64,000 bases of DNA from the human T2T-CHM13v2.0 reference genome, Homo sapiens: NCBI RefSeq assembly GCF_009914755.1, contig NC_060925.1. The stretch is one strand, 5' to 3'. The notes under the pieces were generated by a model. The model was given only the letters and a program-made list of their open reading frames with translations, was not told the DNA's origin and searched no databases. Shown in pieces: positions 1-30,158 of the stretch (the first letter of the stretch is position 1; every line of letters begins with the position of its first letter). The translations under genes were made by a program, and so were the position numbers.

Positions 1-388
1 CCTTTGCACACACTGCTCTGTTGAAAAGAACCAATATTCTTCCTTCCAAAACTCCTCTTTGTAGTTAAGCATTAAGTACAGGGGTCACATTTCCACATAA
101 CCTTCTCTAACATTGTTTACTTCTCCACTCCACCCTCTGGATTAGGTTCTGCACCTGGGTGTGCCCATACATACTTCTCTCATAACTTCTATTATATCAT
201 ATTGCAAACAACTATTTCTCCTGACCAGACTACAAATTCCTTAAGGAGAGAATATCCCTTATGCCGCAAAAATATTTTTGAAAGCATAAATTTATGCTTA
301 AAAGTAAATGTTAACCTGGCAAAAGTTCAGCTTGAGCCATAAAATATTCCTTAGACATCTCCAAATTTCCTGAGGGTCTGATCTTTGA

Positions 389-6089
<5,701 letters not shown>

Positions 6090-6300
6090 TTATCAATTTA
6101 TTCATCCACTTATATTTAGCTTGAATCTGAGTGACTTATGGAAATTTTAGAAATTAAAATCCATCCCCAAAACAACCAATTATAGTATCATTACAATAAG
6201 TATTTAGCCATCTTAAGGGACAACTTCAAAAGAGGCAGTACTCTTTTGAATATAGAAGTTTTCATATGTTTGTTAAAAGAGCAAAATAAACTATCATTAG

Positions 6301-12040
<5,740 letters not shown>

Positions 12041-12888
12041 GAATAAAATGATTATTGCTAAATTTTTATCGACTCCTAATTCAGATGAATTTAAGAGCTA
12101 GACTCCACAGAAATGATTCCTTATTTAGCAGAGGGAACAAAATCCAGAGAAGTAGGGAGTTTCAACAGGACGCTTCTGCAACAGTTTAGATTGGAGGTAA
12201 TAAGATAAAGAAGCAAAAATGGGAATGGAAAGGAGGTATCAATGGCAAAGAGTGCAGATCTAAGACTGCAAGAATTCTTTCATGTATTTCCAACTCTGGA
12301 ACTATCACCAGTACCCAGAGAGAGGTATATGAAAACAAAATAAACTGTTATCCTTCCTCTACACCTCAATAATTCATCTAAAATCCCTAGAAGCCACACA
12401 TAACTAATTCAGATATCAAGTGGGTTTCCTATCCCCCAGATTATATCCCCAAGTAAATTAAGAGTTTTTTTTAAAGGATTATACATTATCCAAGTAAGAA
12501 AATAGTGAACAATCGTATTTACTTTTTTTTCATCCTATGTGTGAGGCCGCTGAAACAAAAGTCAAAGATTACTAAGAATACTAGGTTAGGCTCTCTTCTA
12601 GGAAACATTTTTCAGTGCCCTCTTGTTCCAATAACTAAGGTCAGGCCATTGGTTGCTCAGTTTGTAAGAGCTGATTCAACTGATCATTTTCAAGTCAAAA
12701 AATAAGAAACTACTGCTTTGAAAGTTTAAGGCTATCCTACAGATATTTACTTTAAAGCATGTAAGTGGCTATTTATGCCCAGCATTCAACTAAGGTCTCT
12801 CTGGCCATAAGAAAATGACCATTTAATTAAGAGCCAAGACTAATGGTTTAAACAACAACAAAAACATAATAATAATGGTTATTATTTA

Positions 12889-15802
<2,914 letters not shown>

Positions 15803-15960
15803 TCAATAAATGTTGGCTCACTTGAGCTGGAGAAAAAAAATCACATCATTAGACAATTTAATGATACTTCCTGAGAGTGAGCTGTCCTTCGGGCGGATGT
15901 ACATAAATAAATATGCAATTATCTTCATAACCTATTTTTTCTAAAACCTTTCTAAATCAT

Positions 15961-16344
15961 TGTTATGAGCTGAATTGTGTCCCCTCAAATTTCATATGTT
16001 GAAGTTATAACCCCCATTACCTCAGAATACATCTGTCTTTGAAGATAGGGCTTTTAGAAGAGGTGATTAAGTTAAAATGAGGGTGTTATAGTGGGCCCTA
16101 AACCAATCTGACTGGTGTTCTTTTGAGAGGAGGAAATTTGGACACCTAGAGACGCCAGGAAGGCATTTGCATAGAGGACACAGCAGGAAGTCTGCAGGGC
16201 AAGGTGAGAAGTCTCAGAAGAAACCAAACCCATCAATCTTGATCTTGGACTTCTAATCCCTAGAACTGTGAGAAAATTAATTTCTGTCATTTAAGCCACC
16301 AAGTCTGTGGTATTTTAGCAGGGCATCTTTAGCAAACTAATATA
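15961..16344 (+). mobile_element. MaLR solo LTR (MLT1A/B-like)
   Basis: Begins tgttatgagctgaattgtgtcccctcaaa; contains 'cttgatcttggacttc..cctagaactgtgagaaaa' and ends 'gcaaactaatata', typical of MLT1. Confidence 0.8.
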
Positions 16345-16779
16345 ATCCTACTCTCACAGAAAAATCTAGAAGAGGCTTGTCTAGTCATTTAGTCTTAAGC
16401 TTTTTTAATGTTTTATTTATTTTTAGAGACAGGGTCTCACTATGTTGCCTAGGCTCATTTCAAACTCCTGGGCTCAAGCAATCCTCCTGCCTCAGCCTCC
16501 CAAAGTGCTGAGATTAAAGGTGTGAGACATGATGCCCAGCCTTGGTTTTAAGCTTTAAGATGCAAGAAAAAATAACTATTTGCTTACTCATATTTATCTC
16601 TTTTTAGTATAATAGTGTCTCCCTCCTTCCATAAGGAACATGTGTGACATGGGTTCTAATCTATAGCTGAAGAGTGAACTGACAAGAAAAATAATGACTA
16701 TTTGTACACTAGACCTTCTGATGTGATTATTTTAATTTTTTTTTTGGAGAGAGTTTCACTCTTGCTGCCCAGACTGTAG

Positions 16780-17028
<249 letters not shown>

Positions 17029-17476
17029 TAATATGATAATTATAATTAAATATTATTTACTTATTCGTTAAACATATCTTCCTTTTGCCAGTTGGGTTAT
17101 TCAAACTTCTTACTTGGACTTGTTGCCCTTTATGACTAGAATATCTTGTTTCAAAAAGGAGAAGAGAAAAATAATGTATAGAATTTTCCTATTTCCTCCT
17201 TAATATTTGAGGCAATGGAATGGAAAATTTGAAGTAAAAATAAAACTAATAAAATCATTCAGAATTCCTTACAGTAGTATTTTCCCTTTTTCTGACATTA
17301 TTGATGCCTAGTTAATGTTTTTTATAGGATCCCAAAATCTTTTTCCAGGAGTGAGCTTTGCTGGGGTATTAAACATTTGAACAAGAAAGATATGGATAAG
17401 ACCTGAAAAATAACTCATATGCCAAATATTATTGTGAAACATAATAATCTTTTATCTTAATAGGAGGCATAAATTA

Positions 17477-17665
<189 letters not shown>

Positions 17666-17668
17666 TCA

Positions 17669-17821
<153 letters not shown>

Positions 17822-17913
17822 TCAAGGAGGTGAAATTATTTGGGTCACACTAAACAGTTAACGATCCTGAACAATTCTCTTTATTTCAGGAAGAAATACA
17901 GAGAAACATGTGA

Positions 17914-18171
<258 letters not shown>

Positions 18172-20515
18172 TGATCTGCCTGCCTTGGCCTCCAAAGTGC
18201 TAGGATTACAGGCGTGAGCTACCGCACCCAGCCAGCATGTCCTTTTTAAACTGCAAAGTCAGATATTTGTTTTTGTTTTGTTTTTCCTGTTTTGAGACAG
18301 AGTCGCGCTCTGTGGCCCAGGCTGGAGCACAGTGGTGTGATCATAGCTCAATGCAGCTTCGAACTCCTGGGCTCAAGTGATCCTCTCACCTCAACCTCCT
18401 GAGTAGCTGGGACTATAGGTTCACGCAGGGCTGTTTTCATTTTTTTGTAGAGATTGGGTCTCATTTTGTTGCCCTGGCTTGTCTTGAACTCCTGGCCTGA
18501 AGTAATCCTCCCATTTTGGCCTCCCAAACTGCTGGGAATACAGGCAGTGAAACACTACGCCCAGTTGCAGAGTCAGTTTGAATGTAAATTCCACAATTTA
18601 TTGCCCAAATGATCATTTAACTTTGACTCCTATAAAGAGAATGATACCTGCCTTGCAGGATTAAACAATAGAAACTGCAAAATGTTTTGAAAATAAATTA
18701 TACAAACAAAATATGGAGGCAAAAGTGATGAAATGGCTGACAGCAAGTTTATAGGCACAGTGGTTACAGCCAAAATCCCAAATTCAAGTGGGCAGCTTTG
18801 TCTCAATATCAATACTAGATATTTTATATTTTGGGAGAGTACTGTGTGCATTTGGGGATTGGAAGAATTAGGGAGAAGATCTTAATGAAATAGCTTAAGC
18901 TATATTTTCCTACTATTAAAACAGGTCTTTGGTCTTCCAGTTTATTTCCTTTTATACCAATAGTAAATAGTTATTTGGGGTTAATATGCCTGGATATAAT
19001 AAAAAACAAAAGTTAATTTTTTTTAACAGCTTATGTTTAAAGAAAAAAACCTGACAAACAAGCCCTTCTGATACAGTTGCCCTATTCACAATCGCAGTAG
19101 CTACTGGGAGACTTATTGTTCATTTTGCGCAATTAGGAAACTAAAAGGAAAGACCAGGTAGTAACTTAAATTAGACTTTTAATTTTTTTTTTTAAGACAA
19201 GGTCTTGTTCTTTGCTCGGCCTGCTATTAATATTTTAATTATAATAAAATGCTTTAGGATTGAGTCACTTTTTAAGGAGGGCAATTTTCTTCATTCATAG
19301 CCAATAATCAACAAGTTGGACACTGACTGACTGTGACTGATTTTAAAAACCTTTTTGGGCTGGGCGTGGTGGCTCACATCTGTAATCCCAGCACTTTGGG
19401 AGGTCGAGGCAGGCAGATCACCTGAGGTCAGGAGTTCGACACCAGCCTGGCTAACGTGGTAAAACCCCGTTTCTACTAAAAATACAAAAAATTAGCCGGG
19501 CGTGGTGGTGCATGCCTGTAATCCCAGCTACTTGGGAGGCTGACACAGGAGAATTGAACGCGGGAGGCAGAGGTTGCGGTGAGCCAAGATCGTGCCACTA
19601 CACTCTAGCTTAGGTAACAAGAGCGAAACTCTGTCTCAAAAAAAAAACAAAAAAAAACTTTTTGATTAGTGAATTTTTTTTACCAGCTTTAAAGAAGCTT
19701 TTACTTCTAATCTCCTATTGCTAATAAAGATGAACTATACTTGATGGAGGATCATCAGCAGCTTGAAAAAGCGTAGCATTAACATACTTTATAATTAAAA
19801 ATACATATGAATTTCATACGTATAATTCCCATACGTATAGTGGATAACAGTAGATTGTTTGAAAAAAGATAACTGACAAGTACCAGGAGAATTTTAGCAG
19901 CACTGTTCATAATGAACTCTTGAATGTGCATTAACCCATAGAATGAATAGTGGTATATTCATGTAATGAAATATTAATCAGGATGAACTGGATTAAATTA
20001 TATGCAACAACATGGACAAATCTCACAAACATTATATTGATCAAAAGAATACATTAAAATATTAACCCAATAAAATAGAGTTTAAAAACAGGCAAAACTA
20101 AAATATATTGTTTAGGGATATACATACATGTCAAAACTACAGGGAAGTGGGCAGCATGTGATTAGGGGCAGGCATAAGAGAAGCCTTCCAGGATGCTGAT
20201 ATTGTTCTATTGGTGATTACATGACTGTTGGCTTTCAAACTACTTGTTAAACTGTATATATGTGCTTTATACAATTTTCTGGATACATTGTATTTCACAA
20301 TTTTAGAAAACTTAAACAATAAAGCATGTAACTGGATGTTCAGCTCTCATACTTCAGTTTTAAAACACTGGAGTTCATTAAAAGGAGATGGGATGCTTTC
20401 AGACATCTGTGGTTATTCCAGTTGCACATCACTGAAATTATTAGGAACATCCAGTTGATGTTCTTTTTTCCTAGAACCTGTCTCTTTACAGACTAACTCA
20501 CTCTTATTCCAGTTA

Positions 20516-20944
<429 letters not shown>

Positions 20945-21728
20945 TCAGAACACACTTATACACATATCACATTGTTCTGAAATGGTCTGCTGACTTTCTG
21001 GCTTCTACTCCCAGCATCTCCAACCATCCCTATGCCACTAAACCATAAATTGACCTCAAAAGCAGGGACAATTGTTTTTGTTCTCTCTTTCTATGACATA
21101 TGAGTCATTCAATAAAATTTTTGGTGATTAAACAAATAAGTGAAAATGTATTGCCATATTTCCAATGGATAATACTTCTTGCCAATTTTTACCACAGTGA
21201 CATGAGAAATATGATGAAAAGCTTTTCTTTCACAGTAAGTAGTAAGTATTCAATAAATGGCATTACTAGGAGAAAGCTTTCCAAGAAAGAGAGGATGGTT
21301 GAAAAACATTATCCACAAATTAAATAGATGAGAAATGAAAAGACCACTAGGAGTCAAAAGCAGTAATTGGCTCACTCCCCTTACAGGTAACTTAAGAAAC
21401 GATTCTAATAAATGAAAAGTTTTATACATTAGCAAGTCAATTAAAACACTGTTCATGAGTTAATAATCTATATCAAAACTCTTACCAAAGGCAATAATAA
21501 CAAATAAGCAGATTCCTGATTTCAACAGGAGATAAACCTATTTTATTTTGGTCAGGCTTGTGCTCAATGTTTACTTTCTCAGTTGAGGTCAGTGTTATTG
21601 AACTGAGATAGTATCTAATTTTAACTGTGCTTGAAAGGTTATACTCTTCAAATTATATTTAAATTTCTTGATTGTTTTCATAAGACAATGATACTTAATA
21701 TTTAATTTAATTAGTTTATATTTTTTGA

Positions 21729-21878
<150 letters not shown>

Positions 21879-24800
21879 TAGTAGAGATGGGGTTTCACCA
21901 TGTTGGCCAGGCTGGTCTCGAACTCCTGGCCTCAAGTGATTTGCCCGCCTCAAACCTCCCAAAGTGCTGGGATTATAGATGTGAGCCACTGCGTCTGGCC
22001 AGATGCTTAATATTTTAAAACCAGTCTGTGGTAGTTACCCCTCAGAAGAATTTTTTTTTTTCTTTTAAGACAGGGTCTCACTCTGTCACCCAGGTTGGAG
22101 TACAGTGGCACAAACATAGCTCACTCCAGCCTTGAACTCCTGGGCTCAAGCAATCCTCTTGCCTCAATCTCCCAAGTAGCTGAAACTGCAGGTATGTGAC
22201 ACCATGCCAGGCTAATTTTTATATTTTTTGTAGAGATGAGGTCTCACTATGTTGCCCAGGTTGGTCTAGAATTCCTGGCCTCAGGCAATCCTTCTGTCTC
22301 CCAAAGTGCTGGGATTACAGACAGGAGCCACCGTGCCTGCTTGAAAGACACATAGTTTCTAAAAAAATGATAATACTGGGTTCTAAACAGAGGATCTTAG
22401 GGAACTCTCCAGTAAAAGTTTGGGAGTTTGGGACACAAAATTTAACATTTAGGATTTTTTCCTTTTTTGACTTGTCACAAATCCCAAACCATGTAAAAAC
22501 AAGCAATTATATACACATTAAAACATACTCACAAAGAACATAAAAATGTTATTAAGCCCTTAATTTGGACACAAAAATGAAATGGGCTTTGCTGTTTTCA
22601 TTAGGCTGATTCTCTTTTCCCTAAAGGAAAGAGTCTAAAAGTCTCTGCCTGGTAACAAAATCTATAATCTGGTCCAAATCGAATTTACTGATTTTGAATC
22701 CCATTGTTCTCCACCTACTTCAGTCATACTGGCCTACTCACAGTTATCTCCCAAACTCATCAAGCTCATGATACCTTTGCTCACTCAGGTTCCCTCATCC
22801 AGAACGTGTTTCCTTTTCTCCATTCATGTTAATCCTCCCATTTTTAAAGGCATGGCTTGTTTTACTGCCTTTTTCTATTCTTCCCCGGATTACTCTATCT
22901 CATGATGGTTTCTCCTCTCTCTAACTCCCTTGGCTCATTCTAACATGCAAAAACTTGCTTTTTATTGTTGTTTACTTTAAAAAAAATATTTTGCATTGTG
23001 AAATATAATGTACACACAGAAGAATAAACAAAACAAAGTAAAAAGCTTAATTATTCCAAAGTGAAGATCTATGGCCCAGGTGCAGTGGCTCACGCTTGTA
23101 ATCCCAGCACTTTGGGAGGCCAAGGCAGGTGGATCACTTGAGATCAGGAGTTCAAGACTAGCCTGGCTAACATGCTGAAAACCCTTCCCTACTAAGAATA
23201 CAAAAATTAGCCAGGAGGGACAGAGCAAGACTCCGTATCAAAAATAAATAAATAAATAAAAAAGGCCGGGAGCAGTAGTTTACGCCTGTAATCCCAGCAC
23301 TTTGGGAGGCCACACCTATAATCCCAGCACTTTGGGAGGCCAAGTTGGGTGGGTCGCCTGAGAGGTCAGGAGTTCAAGACCAGCCTGACCAATATGGTGA
23401 AACCCCATCTCTACTAAAAATACAAAAATTAGCCAGGCATGGTGGCGGGTGCCTGTAATCCCAGCTACTCAGGAGATTGAGACAGGAGAATTGCTTGAAC
23501 TCGGGAGGCGCAGGTTGCAGTGAGCCAAGATGGTGCCACTATACTCCAACCTGGGTGACAGAGCAAGACTCTGTCTTAAAAACAAAAACAAAAACAAAAA
23601 CAAAACTATGAAACTTCCTCTAGGTCCAGAAACAGAAAATTGTTACTATCTAGAAATCCTCTTCATTTTCCTTCCTAATTACTAACACCCTTTTCCTTCC
23701 CCTATCCCTTACAAAAAGATAATCACTATTCTAAAAACTATAGTAATTCCTGGCTTGATTTTGTTTATAATTGTACCACCTAAATATGCAACCTCAAATA
23801 CAATAGTTTTTTGAGTTTCATATAAATGGAATCATACAGTATGTATATTTTTGTGTTTGGCTTTTTTTATTGAACATAATGTGAGAAATATACATGTTGT
23901 ATAACAATGTTCATTTTCATTCTGTATAGAAAACATATTTATACTCATTTAAACAAATGGATGACTCTTTTTTTTTTTTGATGATTCATTTTTATCCATT
24001 CTGCTGTTGATGGACCTTCGGGTTACTTAACTTTTAAAAAGTATGTATCTTTTTGTCTCTCCAGCTAGAATGCAAGTTTCTTGAAGGCAGGGACCATATA
24101 CTATACTATTTTATATTTACCTTAGTATTAATATTTAGCATAATCCTAAGCACATAATGGGTGTCCTCAATCACATTAAATATTGATTAAATGAATCTAT
24201 TGATAGTTTGAGAGATAAGAAAAAAATAAGTACAGTTGGGAATCAATTTAATATTTTTAGAGATAGTTATGTAACTGGCCTTTTGTAACTACTACTATTT
24301 AAATAAATCACAAAGTTTGACCTCTTCTATTCATTTACACCTAAGGATTTATTGTCTTTTATTCTTCCTGAGCCAAATGAAAGCTAAATATTTGTTAACT
24401 ATCCTCAAAAATAAAATTAGAGCAATTCAAAAGGTGGTTAATTGTTATGTGCTATTATTTATTATTTTTTGAGGCCTTGCTCTGTTGTTCAGGCTGGAGT
24501 GCAGTGACACAATCCTGGTTCACTGAAGCCTCGACCTCCGAGGCTTAAGCCATCCTCTTGACTCAGCCTCCTGAGTAGCTAGGACTACAGGCATGTGCCA
24601 CCATGTCCAGCTAATTTTTTTGTTTTAAATTTTTTATAGAGATGGTGTCTCACCATGTTGCCCAGGCTGGTCTTGAACTCCTGGGCCCAAGCAATCCTCT
24701 TACCTTGGCCTCCCAAGTGTTAGGATTACAGGAATTAGCCATTGCATCCAGCCATCTGCTTATTTTGTACAGTATCTCACCAATATGTTAAGTACTCACC

Positions 24801-25819
24801 ATGGCCATAGCTCTTAATGAGCTGCTTTATTTTTTATTCTATTTCCTAAAATTTATATTAACCATTATAAACACATGAAGACAAGCCCAAAAGCAAAAAT
24901 TCCAGTGCATAAGGTCAGCAGGAAATTAATCATTCCTATTCAAAGCTAAAACAAACCAAATAGCTTTTAGTTCTATATCCTCTTTTTATACAGTCAGTGA
25001 CTGTTTCCTAGGTAATGTGTAAACGTCTCAAAAGAGTATTTATATCACCTAATCTTCAGTCCTATTCTGACATTCTCTTGGAGAGCTGGTTTTGCCTTTT
25101 CGTTTATTTGCCTTTTATAAAACTGAAGGCTCATCAACTTCTCAGCAAACAGGAAAATATATTTCCGGGCAAGAATTTCTGATATACCTACATCTTGGCC
25201 AGGTACACATAAGCATGTCTCTAATATTAGTTTTAACAATACACAGACTATAACTGGTCTGTAAATTTTGTTCAAGTTGGTAATTTAACAAGAAAAAAAG
25301 TAAAAAGGAAAATAGTAAATAAATGAAAGGCAAAATCTAAACAACAATGGTATTTCCAAGTCGAAGAATTATGTAGAAAAGAAGAGCTGTTACTACTTGT
25401 ATGCAGCCAATTCACTTCTAGCTAAGGATAATTATCAAAGCCAAATTTAGTACTTTTAAAATCTAAAATAACATTCTAATTTTGTATGTTTTCAAAACTG
25501 AGGCCAGTAATAAATATACCTCTTTCTTTTCTTGCAGGCGGTGGGCGAGGGGGGGCGGTTATTTAAGGCTTTCCTGGAAAGAAAGCAGATTGTTTAAAAT
25601 GTTACCTTCGTAACTTCTTCATGAGGGAATAGTGTGATGAGAAAACACAGCAAAAAGTTACAAATGAAGGATGATGATGTATACTAGTAGAGAAGCCAGG
25701 GAAATTTCTGGTTATATCACAAGACTCAGGACCTTAAGACTAACTGTACTATAAAATAAATGTTCCATTAAATAAGGAGACATTTAGGGAAAAAAGAGAA
25801 AAGCTAAAATTATTTTTAA

Positions 25820-26113
<294 letters not shown>

Positions 26114-26692
26114 TAGTAGAGACGGGGTTTCACCATGTTGGCCAGGCTAGTCTTGAACTCCTGGCCTCAAGTGATTCACTCACCTCGGCTCCCCAAAGTG
26201 CTGGGATTACAGGCGTGAGCCACCGCGTAATCCAACTGTTGATATTTGCCTTATAAAGATGCACAGAGGAAAATAAAAAATTATTTCTGCTATAAGAAAC
26301 CTACCAATTGTTTATTTCTGTAAGGCAACTAATCACACATGTTCCTTGTCTTTTCATGTAAAAGACTATTTCTCCTCAAAGCTGAAGAAGACTTCAATGT
26401 GTGGGCCCTTGTTCTTACTTTAATAAACGGTATTATTTCGCCTTTAATCTAACTTGGGAAACTACAAGTACAAAACTTTATACTATATCCTCCTCTCCTG
26501 TATCTTCTAAAATTTTGGAGTAATTTTGTAATTAAATACACTTCACGTAATTCTACTTCTGGATTTTTACCCTCCAAGTATCGGTCACTCTCCCAACTCC
26601 TCCATCTTCCAGATGGTTAGAGCACAATTCTAAGACCAATTTATTATTAAATATATTCCATTAGGTTACTTCCTAAAACATTCCAATATTTA

Positions 26693-26977
<285 letters not shown>

Positions 26978-29067
26978 TCATATATTCATACATGCATACT
27001 AAACATCCATACAAATAGGAAATATTTACAGATTTAAATATAGAAAGAAAGGAAGGAGTAATGACCAGAAAAAAATGGGTGGGTAATACAGTATCTTTTC
27101 CAAAGTACAATAGCTTGGACTTCACAGATGGCACTGACAAAAGATCAAATGAGTAATTCTAAAGTCCAGTAGAAATGCTCATCTTTCAAGCCTGTTGACT
27201 TCTTTTTTTCTTTTTCTTCTTCTTTTCTTGAGAGGGAGTCTTGCTCTGTTGCCCAGGCTGGGAGTGCAGTGGTGCGATGTTGGCTCACTGCAACCTCCGC
27301 TTCCCAGGTTCAAGTGATTCTTGTGCCTCAGCCTCCTGAGTAGTTGGGATTACAGGTGTGCGCCACCATGTCTGGCTAATTTTTGTATTTTTAGTAGAGA
27401 TGGGGTTTCACCATGTTGGCCAGGCTGGTCTTGAACTCCTGACCTCAAGTGATCTGCCTGCCTGGGCCTCCCAAAGTGCTAGGATTACAGGCATGAGCCA
27501 CCAGGCCCGGCCAAACCTGCTGATTTTTTCTGCATAATCTATAAAGAAGGAGTGAATATCCACCATTGTCACTCCTCTTTCACAAAATGGATCCCAAGTT
27601 AAGTAAGATGGAACAACAAAAAATTGTGAGCATCCAGCCCCAAAATGCATATAATAATTTGTATCTAATTTCTATAAACGTTCCATGGTACTACATTATA
27701 AAAAAACACAAAAAATAGAAAGTAAAAAAGAATACGAAAAACTAAATAGAAATACATGTTCTATATTTCCTTCCCATACCCTAATGACTCATTTCATGTA
27801 CTCACTTTGGAGATCACAAGTCTAGACGATAACATTCAGAAAATCATGTGTAGTAATTCCACAGTCAGTAAACTTAGCAGCTCTAGTCCTAGCTAGCCAT
27901 ATCTTGCAAATACACAAGGAGCTGCAAACAAAAATTACTGGCAAGAGAGTGTTGAAAGATTAACAAATTTTCTCAATTTAAAAAAAAAAGTCAAAGAACA
28001 TGTCTTTTATTCTATGTACTACGGTCAAAAGAAACTGCACTAAATCATTTGTGATAAAGTTTATAGTTAGCATACTTTATTTTATATAAATCTAGATATC
28101 AGTTTTTAAGATAATATATAACAAATATTTTAAATCAGCAATTATATAAAGGAGTATCTTTTTCAAGATCAAAATAATGGTATTTAAGAGTTGCTATGAC
28201 TGGACTCGTTTCTACTCCTCTAGCAATATTTCCCATTACTCCTAATAAGTAGTGTTGCCAGACTTTTTCTCAAAAATGTCTCATGCTTTCTTTCTGCTTC
28301 TGCTCCTCTGTACTTGCTGGGGTCTTCACCCTTTTCTCTTCCTCTTTACATTCTACCCATTCTTTAAAGGCCTTGTGAAGGCCTTTAAGTGACCTCCTCT
28401 TTTCTATTACCTATGTGTCTCATGGCCACTCCCTCAGCTGTTTCACAGAGCTTTATTTATACTCACTTCCTTTAAAGTATTTATTATAGTCTTTCTCTTG
28501 GTATAGCTGTCTCTCAACTGTAAACTTCTTAAGAACAGGGATATTGTCTTCTTGGGTTTATATATTCTCCATAGCAACTAGCACTGTCTTTAACATTGTT
28601 ATTGCTCGATAAATTTATATTGATTAAAATGAATACTCAGAAGTGCATGTGAACATTTAAAATAGAAATACAAATGAAGTGAGCTACAAAAGTTTTTTTG
28701 TACAAGGGTATATTTCAAATATAATTTGTTATGGGAGGTGGGAAGAAAAGTGAAGGAGGAAGAGAACCATGAAATAAATTCTTAAGCGCACTAAGCCTAT
28801 CTGGCACTGTGAATAGGGACTATTTCCTAAACCAATCCAAGAAACTTTAAACCTTCGCGGGGCAGGGGGGGAGGGGGAGAGGGGGCGGTTTCTTTGAGAA
28901 ATTAGTTTCATCTGCACATTTACTAGTTAAAAATCCTACTTGAAAGAAAACAAATGGCCCAAATGAATACAAACCTTTCCCTCCCATAAAATAATAATTT
29001 TAAAAAATAGAGGGTTTTTTTGGTGGGGGGAAGGGACGTTAGGAAATGTAATTTTCTCGTTGCTTAC

Positions 29068-29200
29068 CTGATGTTACTCCTGGGTTATGGCTGGACGCAG
29101 GCTGTAGCTTGTGCTGTATTTTAGAAGGACACCTGTTCTCCCCACCCCACCCCCGTCCTAGTAGGTGAAAAACTTAGCCACGCAGAGAGCACAAACTTCC
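29068..29200 (-). other. GOLPH3L: GOLPH3L non-coding exon 1 (5' end approximate)
   Basis: Strong donor CAG|GTAAGC at 29067; adjacent CCAAT/ETS promoter block. Confidence 0.65.
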
Positions 29201-29530
29201 TGATCCTTCGATGCAGAGAAGGAATAACACATCAGCTTCCTCAGGATCACTAGGCAACCTACCTTGGTGTTTCTTCATTGCGCCAATCAGAAATCACCAA
29301 GGTTGAGTCCCGCCAATCGGAGCTCACAGGGGGAGGCTCTCCCCCAGCTATTCTGTTGCGATCCAGACAAACACCACCAAAAGGAGGCAGGTTTGCGTTC
29401 AACCTGACAGCTGGTCAATCCAATGAAGGAACCTTGGTGGAAGAGAGGAAAGAGGGCTGCGCTCCCCACCCCCATTAAACCAGCCAATCAAAGCGCTGAG
29501 TGAGCTAACATGGGCTGCCAATCTCGAAAG
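29170..29530 (-). promoter_or_regulatory. GOLPH3L: GOLPH3L promoter: five CCAAT boxes (29283, 29313, 29420, 29484, 29518) and ETS-like acttcctg (29195-29202)
   Basis: Motifs read directly, located immediately 5' of exon 1. Confidence 0.7.
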
Positions 29531-30152
29531 GTTTCTGTGGGTTAATTTCAGTGTAGCAGGTGTGTTGCTGTAGTAGCGTATACTGGGACAATTAAGTGAG
29601 ATGTGTTGGGATCCAAGCAATACAGCTAAAAATAAATAAATATTTTTACATTGGTTGTTTCTGACAGTCAGTTTATCCTTGACTTGACTGTTCCAGAAAA
29701 ACATGATCTGGGTCAGTTTGTGTACGTTTATATGGTTTACCTTAAACAGGATGAATACATTTCTACCATCGCATATGTACCAGCATTCCCTATAGCGCTT
29801 ATTACTGACAAACCCATGGATGTGTATGTTTTTGGAATATGGCTGCTGAAACTACAAGCGGCAAACAGACCAAGTTTTAAGTCTTCCTTTTTCTAAAGCA
29901 AAGAAAGCAGGCAAGGCTGGAACTAGCTCCCAGGTTTCTCATTAAAAGCACAGCATTTTTCATACTACCACTCAAAAATTCTAGAAAGTGTGCTCAACTC
30001 TTCTTGCAAAGTAATAGCTACCGAAATCATCTAAAAATTAGTATTCCCTATCCCCCCATCCTCCTACCAGCCTTTCAAATGAAGGAAGCCATATTTCCTG
30101 CTACTTAAATAAAAATTAGAAGCGATAAAAGGGCCTACGTACTGAACAATAT

Positions 30153-30158
30153 TTTATT
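30153..30158 (-). terminator. HORMAD1: HORMAD1 distal poly(A) signal AATAAA (another at 30538-30543)
   Basis: tttatt on + strand ~570 nt after the stop codon. Confidence 0.65.

Noticed and set aside
23263-23345. ~30-nt tandem duplication in an Alu 5' end (similar slips at ~6700-6735 and ~49880-49915)
   Set aside because: Ordinary local slippage within Alus with no sign of function.
25520-25560. + strand acceptor-like tract followed by a short GC-rich run
   Set aside because: No partner donor, ORF or other support for an antisense exon; too short to call.
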